Positions 8,601 to 17,381 of a stretch of DNA of 64,000 nucleotides are shown here, one piece after another. Below the pieces are notes generated by a model, which did no database searches, had not been told where the DNA came from, and saw nothing but the letters and a program-made list of their open reading frames with translations. Every line of letters begins with the position of its first letter. Position 1 is the stretch's first letter. This DNA is from Blastocatellia bacterium (lineage in GTDB: Bacteria; Acidobacteriota; Blastocatellia; UBA7656). Made by a program: the position numbers and the translations under genes. The stretch is taken from positions 1,919 through 65,918 of the forward strand of contig JBKHYJ010000035.1 in the NCBI GenBank assembly GCA_046565505.1, given 5' to 3'.

Positions 8601-8981
8601 AGTTTAGAACCTCCATTTGAGACTGGTGGCGCATGAGCATGATTGAGGGCGAACCGGCACAGGGGTGCGCCGGGCGGCGGCACTGCGCCCCGCGCGTGCC
8701 CCCCTCGCCCGTTCATACTTCATCGGTTCTTCGTCGGCGTCCGTGTAACAAAAGGGCGGCGAGGCGCGGGCGTCCTGTCGAATGCGTAGCCCGAGCGCGG
8801 ATGATTTTTTTCGATACGACGAAGTCCATGCCTTGTATTGATACCGTCCTTGCCGCTCGCTTCAATTCTATCAAAGAAATGATTCGGCAGGAAAACGAGT
8901 ATGGCGTACGGGCTCGTAATTGTGTTGCGGCAATCACTTCGCCCGGCGCGGGGCTGACGGGCGTGGCGCGCGGCGCGCGGC

Positions 8982-8997
8982 TGGCACGTCCCTTGAT
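8982..8997 (+). promoter_or_regulatory. Sigma-54 (-24/-12) promoter candidate upstream of csbD
   Basis: cTGGCACgtcccTTGAt. The -24 TGGCAC is perfect and the spacing is correct, but the -12 element is TTGA rather than TTGC. It lies about 118 nt upstream of the csbD ATG and faces the gene. Confidence 0.45.
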
Positions 8998-9114
8998 TAT
9001 AAATAAACGACACGTTTGAAGGCGTGCTTACTTTCAAATGGGCAAGCGTGCCGCGCGGCGATTTGAGTCTTGGGTCCGCGCGGCCCGCGATAAGAAGACA
9101 AGGAGGAAACCGGC

Positions 9115-9327
9115 ATGGGTATACCGAACAGAGACGAGATGGAAGGCAAATGGGACAAGGCCAAGGGGTCAGTCAAAGAGAACATTGGTCGCGCGACGAA
9201 TAACCCTGATTTGGAATCCGAAGGCGCGGCCGACAGGGCGGGCGGAAATATCGAGGAAGGATTCGGGAAGGCTCGCCGCAAGATAGGCGAGACAATCGAA
9301 GACATAGGGGACAACATCAGCAGGTAA
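9115..9327 (+). CDS. csbD: CsbD-family general stress protein
   Basis: 70-aa protein MGIPNRDEMEGKWDKAKGSVKENIGRATNNPDLESEGAADRAGGNIEEGFGKARRKIGE..., a typical CsbD repeat pattern. AAGGAGGA RBS upstream. Confidence 0.9.
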   Translation: MGIPNRDEMEGKWDKAKGSVKENIGRATNNPDLESEGAADRAGGNIEEGFGKARRKIGETIEDIGDNISR

Positions 9328-9344
9328 CACCGCTGAATCAAACG

Positions 9345-9400
9345 GGCCCGCGTTCTCGCGGGCCTGCCTGCCGGGCCGCTACAACGGTCCGGCTTTTTTA
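9345..9400. terminator. Terminator region between the convergent csbD and usp genes (two hairpins, with a T-run for the plus strand)
   Basis: GGCCCGCG-ttct-CGCGGGCC (9345-9364), then CCGGGCCG-ctacaa-CGGTCCGG followed by CTTTTTTA (9371-9400). Confidence 0.65.
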
Positions 9401-10324
9401 TCACCCGTCCTTTTTCCCCCTGTCATCTTCCTTGGACCCGCCGAACGCATGCGTGATGTCGGAGAAGAACCCCTTCAAGCTGCGGCCTATCCCCGAGGGC
9501 TCTTCCCCGCCGCGCACGACCAGCACGGGGCACTCGCTGCGATTCACTATCTCGCGCGTGATGTTGCCCATGATGTAAGTGCGCAGCGTGCCGCCGACGG
9601 GCGACGAGCCTGTCACGACGAGGTCGTAATCCCCGCGGCGCACCTCTTTGAACACCTCGCTGACGACGAGCCCGTGCCGCAGTCGCACCTCGCTCGTGAC
9701 GCCCATGCGTTCGAGCACCTCTTTTTCGCGGCGAAGGTTCTGCCCCAGCCCCGACTTCGAGTGGAGCAACAGGTTAACGTCCTCCTCCATCTTGATGAGG
9801 TCGGAGTAAACCGCGGGCGGCTCCGCCATCACATGAAACAGTGTGATTGAGGCGTCGGCGGCCCGGGCTATCTCGCCTGAAAACTCCACGGCCTTGTCTA
9901 TGTACTTTTCGCCCCCGCTGCAAATGAGCATGCGCTTCAGCGTCTCGCGCCTGCCGATGACCACGAGCACGGGCGGGGCCACGGCCTTGATAATCTTGTA
10001 GGCTTTCGCCGACATGAGGAATGGGCCGCGCGTCCCCTTCCTCGTGGCGCCGATGACGACGAGGTCATACGCGGTCCCCTCCGTGCGCTTGACTATCTCC
10101 TCGAAAGGCTCTCCCGATTTGATCGTCAATTCCGCGCTCACCCCGCGGTCTTTCAGCATCAGTTGAGACCGCCTGAGCGAATCAAATATCTTGTCTTCTT
10201 CGCCTGTTTTTTCCGTTATGCCGAATATAGTCGTGTCCGCATGAGTGGTTTCGGCTATGAGGCCGCCGAAGCGGACAGCGTTCTCAGCCTGACTCGATCC
10301 ATCGCTACAGATTAAGATTTTCAT
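9401..10324 (-). CDS. Tandem universal stress protein (two UspA domains)
   Basis: Two repeats of the Usp pattern: MKILICSDGS...DLVVIGATRKG... and LICSGGEKY...YDLVVTGSSPVGG...NRSECPVLVVR. I chose the start at MKILICSDGS (ATG 10324). The tracked extension to 10396 looks non-coding. Confidence 0.9.
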   Translation of the reverse strand: MKILICSDGSSQAENAVRFGGLIAETTHADTTIFGITEKTGEEDKIFDSLRRSQLMLKDRGVSAELTIKSGEPFEEIVKRTEGTAYDLVVIGATRKGTRGPFLMSAKAYKIIKAVAPPVLVVIGRRETLKRMLICSGGEKYIDKAVEFSGEIARAADASITLFHVMAEPPAVYSDLIKMEEDVNLLLHSKSGLGQNLRREKEVLERMGVTSEVRLRHGLVVSEVFKEVRRGDYDLVVTGSSPVGGTLRTYIMGNITREIVNRSECPVLVVRGGEEPSGIGRSLKGFFSDITHAFGGSKEDDRGKKDG

Positions 10325-10448
10325 AACGAAATCCAACAACGGCGACGAGTGACGGGCGGCGCGCAACGTTGACCAGTGTCCGTTTGATACTGCCACACTG
10401 AAGGGCCGGCAAATGATGATATATCATTTGCCGCCGATACTGAAAGCG

Positions 10449-10464
10449 CGCGGAAAAAGTGCCA
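10449..10464 (-). promoter_or_regulatory. Sigma-54 promoter candidate upstream of the usp gene
   Basis: The minus strand reads TGGCACtttttCCGCG. TGGCAC is perfect, GG-N10-GC is satisfied and the -12 context is weak. It lies about 125 nt upstream of the ATG at 10324, in the gap after the kinase gene. Confidence 0.35.
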
Positions 10465-10525
10465 CAGCCGCGCATGGCGGGGCGAGGGGTCGGGGGAGAG
10501 TGGCTCGCCGGCCGCACGCTCCTTC

Positions 10526-12532
10526 CTAACGCGGGGGCGCGCCTTCGGGCGGGTTTTCATTCGCGTTTACATTGTCGGGGATCGGCGGCTTCTTGCTGCG
10601 CGAGCTGTTTGAGTTCTTCGGCTTAGCCTCCGGGGTATCAGCTTTGTCGGCGTCGGGCTTGACGGGATCAATCAGGGGAGGCTCGGCCTTTCGCGGCTTG
10701 CTCTTGTTGGCGTTATCGGGTTCATTCTCGCCTTCACTTTCAGGCTTCGTGTCGGCCGCGGCATCGGCCGTCGCGGCGCTCTTGTCATCGTCGCCCTCCG
10801 CCCCCCCGCTCGCCGTGGGGGGCGCGGTTGCTGCTCCTTTCCCGGACGAAGCATTCGTATTAGCGCCCGCCTGAACGGGCGAGCTGTTCGACGGCTCTCG
10901 CCCGAGCGCCGCCAGCGCGGCCCTCGCTTGGTTAGATATATCTTCGGCCTTCTGCCTGTAGCGGTCCGCCTTGTCTGTCACCTGCGGGTTGTTCTCTTTG
11001 ATTTCCTGATAAGCCTTCAACTCCCCTTGCCACTGCCGGAGGTCGGACATGTAGGTCCGCAGGGAGTGATCTTTCGGGAGCATGTCGACGCGCGCGAGGG
11101 CGTCGGTTACGGCCTGCTGAGCTTCGATGACGGCTTCGCTCGTCGAGCCTGACCCGAAGAGTTTGTTCCCGAGCATGAGGTAGGCGGCCACGCCCCCGAC
11201 GAGCAGCACCACGGCAACAAGCGCGATTATCCCGCCGGCGTTGCCGCGCCTGCCGTAGTCGGTCGAGCGGGAAACGTAGGTCGTACCCTCCGCCGGGGTT
11301 GAATAGCCCGCCTGATTCGGGGGCAGCCCGCCCGAACCGGCCGGCCCGCCATCCTGCGACGCGGCTCGCGTCGCAGGGCTGCGCTGGTCGCGGGGGGTCT
11401 CCGCGGCTTGAAAGGCGGGCGTATCGAGCGGCGTCCTGGAAGCCCCGCCGGCGCGAGGCCGCACCAACGTCGCCTCGTCGTCGCGCGTTTCCGGCCCCGT
11501 GGCCCGCGGCTCGACTTCCAGAGGCGCCTCCTCCTCCCCCAGCGGAACGCTGATTCGTGAGAAGGCCGCGCGCCCCGCGCCCGCCTGTGCGGGTTGACCG
11601 AGGCCCGCCGCCTCCTCGAACTGGCGGGCCAGTTCGCCCGCGCTCTGCGGCCTGAGCGCAGGGTCTTTTTCGAGCGCCCTCATGACGACCGCGATCAAAT
11701 CCGAAGGCAGGTCCGGCCTCTTCTCGCCGAGCGGCGCGGGCGGCTCTGAGGCATGCGCGACCAGCAGCCGCGTCGAAGAGTCTCCTTTGAAGGGTGCCTC
11801 GCCGCTCAACATCTCATACAAGACGACGCCCAGCGAGTAGATGTCGCTGCGGGCGTCTACGGGCTTCTCCTCGCACTGCTCCGGCGACATGTAGCGCGGC
11901 GTGCCGACGATGATATTCGCGCCCGTCAACTCTGAGCGCCGGTTCACGTCCTCCAAAACCTTCGCAACGCCGAAGTCCACGACCTCGACCCAGTCGGACC
12001 CATCGTACTCGGCGATGATGATGTTGTCGGGCTTGATGTCGCGGTGCACGACGCCGACCGAGTGTGCCTCGTCAAGAGCGCCGCAGGCCTGCCGGAGTAT
12101 GTTCGCGGTCCGCTCGACGGACAGGGCGCCTTCTTTCCTGAGCAACTCGCCGAGCGTCGGCCCCTTGACGAATTCCATAACGATGAACGGCGCGACCCCG
12201 TCCGCGATGCCGTAGTCCGTGACGTTGATCGCGTGGGGGTGGTGGATGCGGCTCGCGGCCCGGGCCTCCTGCTCGAACCGCCTGGCGATGGTACCGTCAA
12301 CGGCGAGCGCGGGCTTTAGAACCTTTACGGCGACCTCTTTGCCCATCCCGAGGTGGGTAGCGCGGTAAACGTCGCACATCCCGCCCGACCCGAGCAGCCC
12401 CTCTATACGGTACTTGTCCTCGAGACTCTTTCCGATGAGGCCGGCTGTCTGCCCGCGCAGGGCCGCCCCACATTTCCGGCATTGCGTTTCGGTGAGTGAT
12501 ACCTCGGAGCCACAGCGAGGACAGGTATTCAT
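10526..12532 (-). CDS. Ser/Thr protein kinase (Hanks type) with an N-terminal zinc ribbon, one TM segment and an extracytoplasmic helical domain plus a long low-complexity tail
   Basis: MNTCPRCGSEVSLTETQCRKCGAAL (Cys4 ribbon). Kinase motifs are GSGGMCDVY, VAVK, HRDIKPDN, DFG and GTPRYMSPE. The TM segment is IIALVAVVLLVGGVAAYLML. The tail is rich in K, P, D and N. Confidence 0.9.
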   Translation of the reverse strand: MNTCPRCGSEVSLTETQCRKCGAALRGQTAGLIGKSLEDKYRIEGLLGSGGMCDVYRATHLGMGKEVAVKVLKPALAVDGTIARRFEQEARAASRIHHPHAINVTDYGIADGVAPFIVMEFVKGPTLGELLRKEGALSVERTANILRQACGALDEAHSVGVVHRDIKPDNIIIAEYDGSDWVEVVDFGVAKVLEDVNRRSELTGANIIVGTPRYMSPEQCEEKPVDARSDIYSLGVVLYEMLSGEAPFKGDSSTRLLVAHASEPPAPLGEKRPDLPSDLIAVVMRALEKDPALRPQSAGELARQFEEAAGLGQPAQAGAGRAAFSRISVPLGEEEAPLEVEPRATGPETRDDEATLVRPRAGGASRTPLDTPAFQAAETPRDQRSPATRAASQDGGPAGSGGLPPNQAGYSTPAEGTTYVSRSTDYGRRGNAGGIIALVAVVLLVGGVAAYLMLGNKLFGSGSTSEAVIEAQQAVTDALARVDMLPKDHSLRTYMSDLRQWQGELKAYQEIKENNPQVTDKADRYRQKAEDISNQARAALAALGREPSNSSPVQAGANTNASSGKGAATAPPTASGGAEGDDDKSAATADAAADTKPESEGENEPDNANKSKPRKAEPPLIDPVKPDADKADTPEAKPKNSNSSRSKKPPIPDNVNANENPPEGAPPR

Positions 12533-12692
12533 ATCATTCCTTTCATAGACTCTTCTTCATGCCGCCGCCGGCCGCCGAGGGCCGCGGCCTCTTTCGCGCG
12601 CCGGCCCACGGGCGCCCTGCAACAAAGATTAATCAAGTTCCCACTTTCGGCCTTCGGCATCGCACACCTCCGGCGCCTTATTCCCCGCCCGC

Positions 12693-14066
12693 TCACATGA
12701 ATTCCGTCAGGTTGTACTTCCTGATCTTGCTGTACAGCCTCGGCCTGTATATCCCGAGCGCGGTGGCCGCCGCCTGCTTATTCCCCTTCGTGCGCTGGAG
12801 CGTCTGGTATATGACTTCGCGCTCGATGTCTTCGAGCTTCATTTCAGGGGGCACGCGGAATTCGTTGGTGACGCTGCTGGCCGCCGGGGCCTCGGTCGCG
12901 GTGAATGGCAGGTCCGACGCCTCTATCCGGTCGCCCTTGGAAAGCAGGACGGCGCGCTCCAGCGCGGACTCAAGCTCGCGCACGTTGCCGGGCCAGTGGT
13001 AGTTGTACATCGTCTGTATGGCCGGCTGCGAGAAGCCTTGAAGTGGTTTGTTGTACTTGTCGGAGAAGGTCCTCAGGAAATGGTCCGCGAGGAGTTGTAT
13101 GTCCTCCGCGCGGTCCCTGAGCGGCGGGACCTCTATGGTGATCGTGGATATTCTGTAGTAGAGGTCTTCGCGCAGTTGCCCGCTCTTGACGGCGTCGGGC
13201 GGGTTCCGGTTGGTCGCGCATATCAGGCGGAAATCCACCTCGACGGGCCGCTCGCTCCCCAGCCTGTAATAGACGCGCTCCTGGAGCGCGCGCAGCAGCT
13301 TCGGCTGTAGCTCAAGCGGCATCTCGGCTATCTCGTCGAGCAGGAGCGAGCCGCCGTTGGCGCGGGCGATGAGGCCCTCCTTATCGCGCGCCGCGCCCGT
13401 GAAGGCCCCCTTCGTGTGGCCGAACAATTCGGACTCGATCAGCTCCTTCGGCAGCGCCGCGCAGTTGACCTTCACGAAGGGGCCTTTCGCGCGGTGCGAG
13501 TTGTAGTGGATGGCGTTCCCTATCAGCTCCTTGCCGGTCCCGGACTCGCCTACGATCAAGATGTTCGCGTCACTTTTTGCGACCGCCTCTATCATCTCGA
13601 AGATGTTCTGCATCTGTTTAGAGCGGCCGACGATGTCGCTGTACGTGGTGCGCTGTTGCAGCGTACGGCGCAGCGTGTCGCTCTCCTCGATGAGCGTCTG
13701 GCGTTCGAGCGCGCGCTCTATGAGCAGGTTCAGGGCGTCGAACTCGAATGGCTTCTCGACGAAGTGGAAGGCGCCGGCCTTCGTCGCCTCGACCGCGTTG
13801 GCGACGGAGCCGTACCCGCTGATGATTATCACCTCGACCGACGGCCTCTTCTCCTTGAGCTTCTTGAGCACCTCCGTCCCAGACATGTCCGGGAGCTGAA
13901 GGTCGCACAGCACGAGGTCGAAGTCGGCGCCGTCGAAGAGGGCGACGCCCTCTTGGCCGCTCTTGGCCGTCGAGATAGAGTACCCTGAGTGCGCCAGGTT
14001 GAGCCGCAGCGAGTCTAGTATCGGCTCTTCGTCGTCGATAACGAGAATATTACCTCTTCTTTTCAC
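12693..14066 (-). CDS. Sigma-54-dependent response regulator (NtrC family: receiver + AAA+ + Fis-type HTH)
   Basis: Receiver NILVIDDEEPILD...DLVLCDLQLPDMSG. AAA+ domain GESGTGKE and the GAFTGA loop (ESELFGHTKGAFTGA). HTH GNKQAAATALGIYRPRLYSKIRKY. I chose the GTG at 14066 as the start: it overlaps the upstream stop (GTGA) and GAGGAG lies upstream. Confidence 0.9.
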   Translation of the reverse strand: MKRRGNILVIDDEEPILDSLRLNLAHSGYSISTAKSGQEGVALFDGADFDLVLCDLQLPDMSGTEVLKKLKEKRPSVEVIIISGYGSVANAVEATKAGAFHFVEKPFEFDALNLLIERALERQTLIEESDTLRRTLQQRTTYSDIVGRSKQMQNIFEMIEAVAKSDANILIVGESGTGKELIGNAIHYNSHRAKGPFVKVNCAALPKELIESELFGHTKGAFTGAARDKEGLIARANGGSLLLDEIAEMPLELQPKLLRALQERVYYRLGSERPVEVDFRLICATNRNPPDAVKSGQLREDLYYRISTITIEVPPLRDRAEDIQLLADHFLRTFSDKYNKPLQGFSQPAIQTMYNYHWPGNVRELESALERAVLLSKGDRIEASDLPFTATEAPAASSVTNEFRVPPEMKLEDIEREVIYQTLQRTKGNKQAAATALGIYRPRLYSKIRKYNLTEFM

Positions 14067-14620
14067 TGAGCATCTCCTCTGCGGATTTTGGCTAAGTATT
14101 CTATGAGCACGTTTATTCCGTTGAGCATCTTTTCGACCGTCTGCCGCTCGTCGCCGTCCGGCATTTTTCTGGTGAGGAAAGTGGCGTAGAGTTTCAGCGC
14201 ACCTATGTGGTTTTTTATCTCGTGCCATTGCTTGCGGTAAACGACCGCGTCGCCTTCGTCAAGCGGGGCGCCTCTGGCGGGGGTCTCGCCGGGCAGGATT
14301 TGGAGGGCGAACCCATAAAGCTCGCCGTCGCACTTGAGGCTTTCGAGCCTGAGAAAAACCATCTGGCTGCCGTTCTCAAGGCTGCTCTCGGCGTAGTAGT
14401 CAACCTTCCTTCTCGCCTGATTGAGGTGTTCGGTCAGCCAGTGTGTGATGCCCGACTCGGGGCCGAATAACTCGGCGAAATGCTTCTGCGCGATGGTCAC
14501 GCAGGGGAACGTGCCGCTGGCGGTCCCGCCCGAAACCGCCTGGACTCTCCCGGCCGCGTCACATACTAACAACAAGGGTTCTTTCGCAGGAGTGGCGTAC
14601 CCGAATTCCTGTTTGGTCAT
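14063..14620 (-). CDS. PAS-like sensor plus HisKA-like (DHp) domain protein with no ATP-binding catalytic domain
   Basis: 185 aa. The N-terminal ~110 aa is PAS-like. Next comes an H-box-like helix, KQWHEIKNHIGALKLYATFL (compare NtrB-type HEIKNPL), and a second helix. The protein ends about 45 aa after the His, and no N/G1/G2 boxes are present. Confidence 0.7.
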   Translation of the reverse strand: MTKQEFGYATPAKEPLLLVCDAAGRVQAVSGGTASGTFPCVTIAQKHFAELFGPESGITHWLTEHLNQARRKVDYYAESSLENGSQMVFLRLESLKCDGELYGFALQILPGETPARGAPLDEGDAVVYRKQWHEIKNHIGALKLYATFLTRKMPDGDERQTVEKMLNGINVLIEYLAKIRRGDAQ

Positions 14621-14774
14621 TCTACCTTCTCACAGTTTTTGGCCTCCGGCCGGCCCGTTAGCTCTAATGGCCGAAGGACAGACTATGCCGATTTCATCCC
14701 CGAGCCTTGCGCGTAACGGTCAGGCTGCGCGATGAGCGGGGCGGGAGCCCGCGGCCCCCGCCCGACTATTTACG

Positions 14775-16448
14775 CTAACGGATGCGGTCCACGTCCGCAT
14801 CAAGGTTGTTGTCGGTGATCGTTATGCGGGCGAGCTCGGCGCGGAGCTGATCCCAATCGCCCATAACGACGGACGAAATCGTGTTGCTCTGGCCGCGCCT
14901 CATCGCGCGGTTTGCCAGGCGCACCTGCCTGAGCAGCGAGTCGGCCGCGCCCTTGAGCGCGTCCGGGTCCGTGACGCTGTTAGTCATCTGGTTATAAAGC
15001 TCCGCCGATGACCTCAGCGCGTCAAACTGGAAGAGCATCTCGACTTCGTTCTCCCTGAAATTGCGGCGCGTGTCGAAAGTGACCTGGCCGCGGGCGCCCC
15101 TGACGTTGAGGTCGCGCTGATAATCTTGAAGCAGGCGGTTCGCCAGGAAAGCTATCTGGCGCGCGTTGCCGACGCCCGTACCCGCGCCCGTGCCTGTCCC
15201 TGTTCCGACGCCGCCCGACGCCCCGCCCAGCAGGTCTACAGTCAAGTCTCTTTGCGGGCCGTGGAAGATGACTCGCCTTACGTTCGGCATGTTGTCATAA
15301 GTCTCCGTGAAGGGGTGATTGTCCGTCGCCGTCCCGGTCGAGCGGCGCGGCGGAACTCCCCGCACGTACACGTGCAGCGTTTCGCCTCTCACGAACCGAT
15401 TGACAAACACCTGCCAGCCGCCGCCCTGCGTCCGCACGTCGAGGTTGATGCGGATGGAGTCGCGGCCCACGCGCTCGGCCCGCGCATCCATGATTTCAAT
15501 CGGGGCGGCTTCGAGGCCCGACTCGCTGGCGATGCCGAGCTCGCGCGCCGTCCTTCGGTCAAGGTCACCTGTCTGAGCGATGCCGGCTTCGCGCTGGAAT
15601 TGGCGGATCGCGTCGCGGGTCGCGGGCGTCATCTGGCCGTTGATCTGGCCCGTGTAGTAACCGCGGTCCCTTAGAGTGATCTGGGCGAAACGCACGGACT
15701 CGGAAGAGGTAAAGGTATCCTGACCGGAATTGTTGATCTGCTCGTCGTCGCGGTAGTCGCGCACGTCGCGGTCGCCGGCCACGCCGACGCCCCCGGAGGT
15801 TACGGCGAAGGACCGCTCGACCCTCATCGCGAACTCGGTCCCCGGGGCCACCTCAGCCTTGTCGCCTTTCGTCAGCAGCACGCCGAGCGTGCCGAGCACC
15901 GCGCCGACGCCGGCGCCAACGGCCGCGCCCTTGCCGCCGCCCGCTATCGCGCCGATGACCGCGCCCGCGCCCGCGCCGCCGCCGATAAAGACGACCGCAC
16001 GGCGGGTCCTGCTGCCGCCGCTGACCGTGTCCTCGTTATCGCTGATGTCCGTATCCAGCGTGCGCCGACCCTCTTCGCTGAGCGTCGTCAGCGTGCCATC
16101 GACGGGGATCGACGGGCCGTTGCCGATGCTGAGGCGGTCGAAAGCGACCGCGATTGTTCCCGTCCTGCTGCCGCGCTCGGCGGGAGTCGTACCTGTCACG
16201 TGCCCCTCCAACTTTGAATTCGCAGGGATGGCGACGCGACCGTCTATCATCACATCGCGCGAGACAGTGGCCGTGAAGCGGTCGCCCGCGCGCGAAGTTT
16301 CAGAATTCAAGTAAGTGTCCATCTTAAGCGGGACGATCGTGCCGACCGGCACTGTAGTCATCTGACCTGCTGACGCAGGGACCGCCAAAATAATGCTCAG
16401 TGCTAGCGATAAGAACAAGGTCGCCAATCTTCTGGAATGAATCTCCAT
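14775..16448 (-). CDS. Secreted protein: beta-rich N-domain, glycine-zipper segment, PG_binding_1-like peptidoglycan-binding domain and a C-terminal helical domain
   Basis: Signal peptide MEIHSRRLATLFLSLALSIILAVPASAG. Glycine zipper GGGAGAGAVIGAIAGGGKGAAVGAGVGAVLG. PG-binding motif LRDRGYYTGQINGQMTPATRDAIRQFQREAGIAQTGDLDRRTARELG. Confidence 0.8.
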   Translation of the reverse strand: MEIHSRRLATLFLSLALSIILAVPASAGQMTTVPVGTIVPLKMDTYLNSETSRAGDRFTATVSRDVMIDGRVAIPANSKLEGHVTGTTPAERGSRTGTIAVAFDRLSIGNGPSIPVDGTLTTLSEEGRRTLDTDISDNEDTVSGGSRTRRAVVFIGGGAGAGAVIGAIAGGGKGAAVGAGVGAVLGTLGVLLTKGDKAEVAPGTEFAMRVERSFAVTSGGVGVAGDRDVRDYRDDEQINNSGQDTFTSSESVRFAQITLRDRGYYTGQINGQMTPATRDAIRQFQREAGIAQTGDLDRRTARELGIASESGLEAAPIEIMDARAERVGRDSIRINLDVRTQGGGWQVFVNRFVRGETLHVYVRGVPPRRSTGTATDNHPFTETYDNMPNVRRVIFHGPQRDLTVDLLGGASGGVGTGTGTGAGTGVGNARQIAFLANRLLQDYQRDLNVRGARGQVTFDTRRNFRENEVEMLFQFDALRSSAELYNQMTNSVTDPDALKGAADSLLRQVRLANRAMRRGQSNTISSVVMGDWDQLRAELARITITDNNLDADVDRIR

Positions 16449-16551
16449 AATTTAACCCTCCCTATTGTTCTGCTCTTGCCCTTTGTTTTTAGCTGCTTTG
16501 CTTTCTTTTCTTTCGACAGATCCGACTATACAAATCCGCATGAGTATGAAA

Positions 16552-16567
16552 GGCAACCATTGTGCCA
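16552..16567 (-). promoter_or_regulatory. Sigma-54 promoter candidate (best match in the window) upstream of the secreted PG-binding protein gene
   Basis: The minus strand reads TGGCACaatggTTGCC, with both the -24 TGGCAC and the -12 TTGC perfect at canonical spacing. It lies about 104 nt upstream of the ATG at 16448, in an AT-rich divergent region. Confidence 0.6.
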
Positions 16568-16787
16568 CCTGGAAGTGTCAAATAAGATCTTAATTCGTAT
16601 TAATGATGAAGTAAAACGAGACGCCCCCGTTTCGCGCCGCGAACTGAATGCATACGCGGGATAGATCATGAGCTATAAAGTACGGGTAAATTAGCGAGTC
16701 GCGTACCAGAAAACAGTGTGTTGGTATTCTTCCGGGTTTGTTGCTAAAATGGCCTGGTCGGCGCTGAGTGTTAGAAGGAAAAAATCA

Positions 16788-17180
16788 ATGATGGACTCTT
16801 CAAAAATAATCCCTGCCAAGCGAGTTTTATTGGTCGAAGATTTTGAAGACAGCCGATTCTCACTGTCGAAGCTTCTGGAGATCGAAGGCTACGAGGTGCT
16901 TGAGGCGGGGGATGGCGCCCAGGCGGTAGACATCGCGATAAACAGCAAGCCCGACCTGATACTTATGGACCTTTCGCTGCCGGTGATTGATGGCTTGAGT
17001 GCGACGAAACGGATCAGGGAGAATGCGGCGATGAACAGCGTGCCCATCATCGCGTTATCGGCCCACGACCTGGTCGATTTTCAGATGAAGGCCAGGGACG
17101 CGGGCTGTACGGACTACGTTACGAAGCCCGTAGATTTCACTGTTTTGATGACCGTAATGGCAAAGTACCTGCCCGCTTAG
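16788..17180 (+). CDS. Single-domain response regulator (CheY-like receiver)
   Basis: RVLLVEDFEDSR...PDLILMDLSLPVIDG...PIIALSAH...DYVTKP. I chose the ATG at 16788 as the start (AAGGAA RBS). A TTGGTA-18 nt-TAAAAT promoter-like element at 16721..16750 lies inside the longer tracked ORF. Confidence 0.9.
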   Translation: MMDSSKIIPAKRVLLVEDFEDSRFSLSKLLEIEGYEVLEAGDGAQAVDIAINSKPDLILMDLSLPVIDGLSATKRIRENAAMNSVPIIALSAHDLVDFQMKARDAGCTDYVTKPVDFTVLMTVMAKYLPA

Positions 17181-17381
17181 CTCGAAGTCGGCGCCCGCAA
17201 GCCGCGCCTCCCCTCCCCGACGCAACGCCCTTTAAGCGCCCGGCCGTAGAATAATCCCCGCCGCCAGAACAACAGAACCCTCGCCCGAATCATCCAAGGG
17301 TTTCCGAATCCAGGTGGATCACTTGTCGAGATAACAGACCGGGCAGTAGAATTAGTTAAGTAACCAACTAGGAGATGTGCA

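Noticed and set aside
8633-9037. ORFs in the 510-nt rsbR-csbD intergenic region (8633..9019+, 8713..8937-, 8720..9037-).
   Set aside because: Their composition is Arg/Pro-rich and irregular, they lack an RBS or family motifs, and the region is better explained as divergent promoter/leader DNA.
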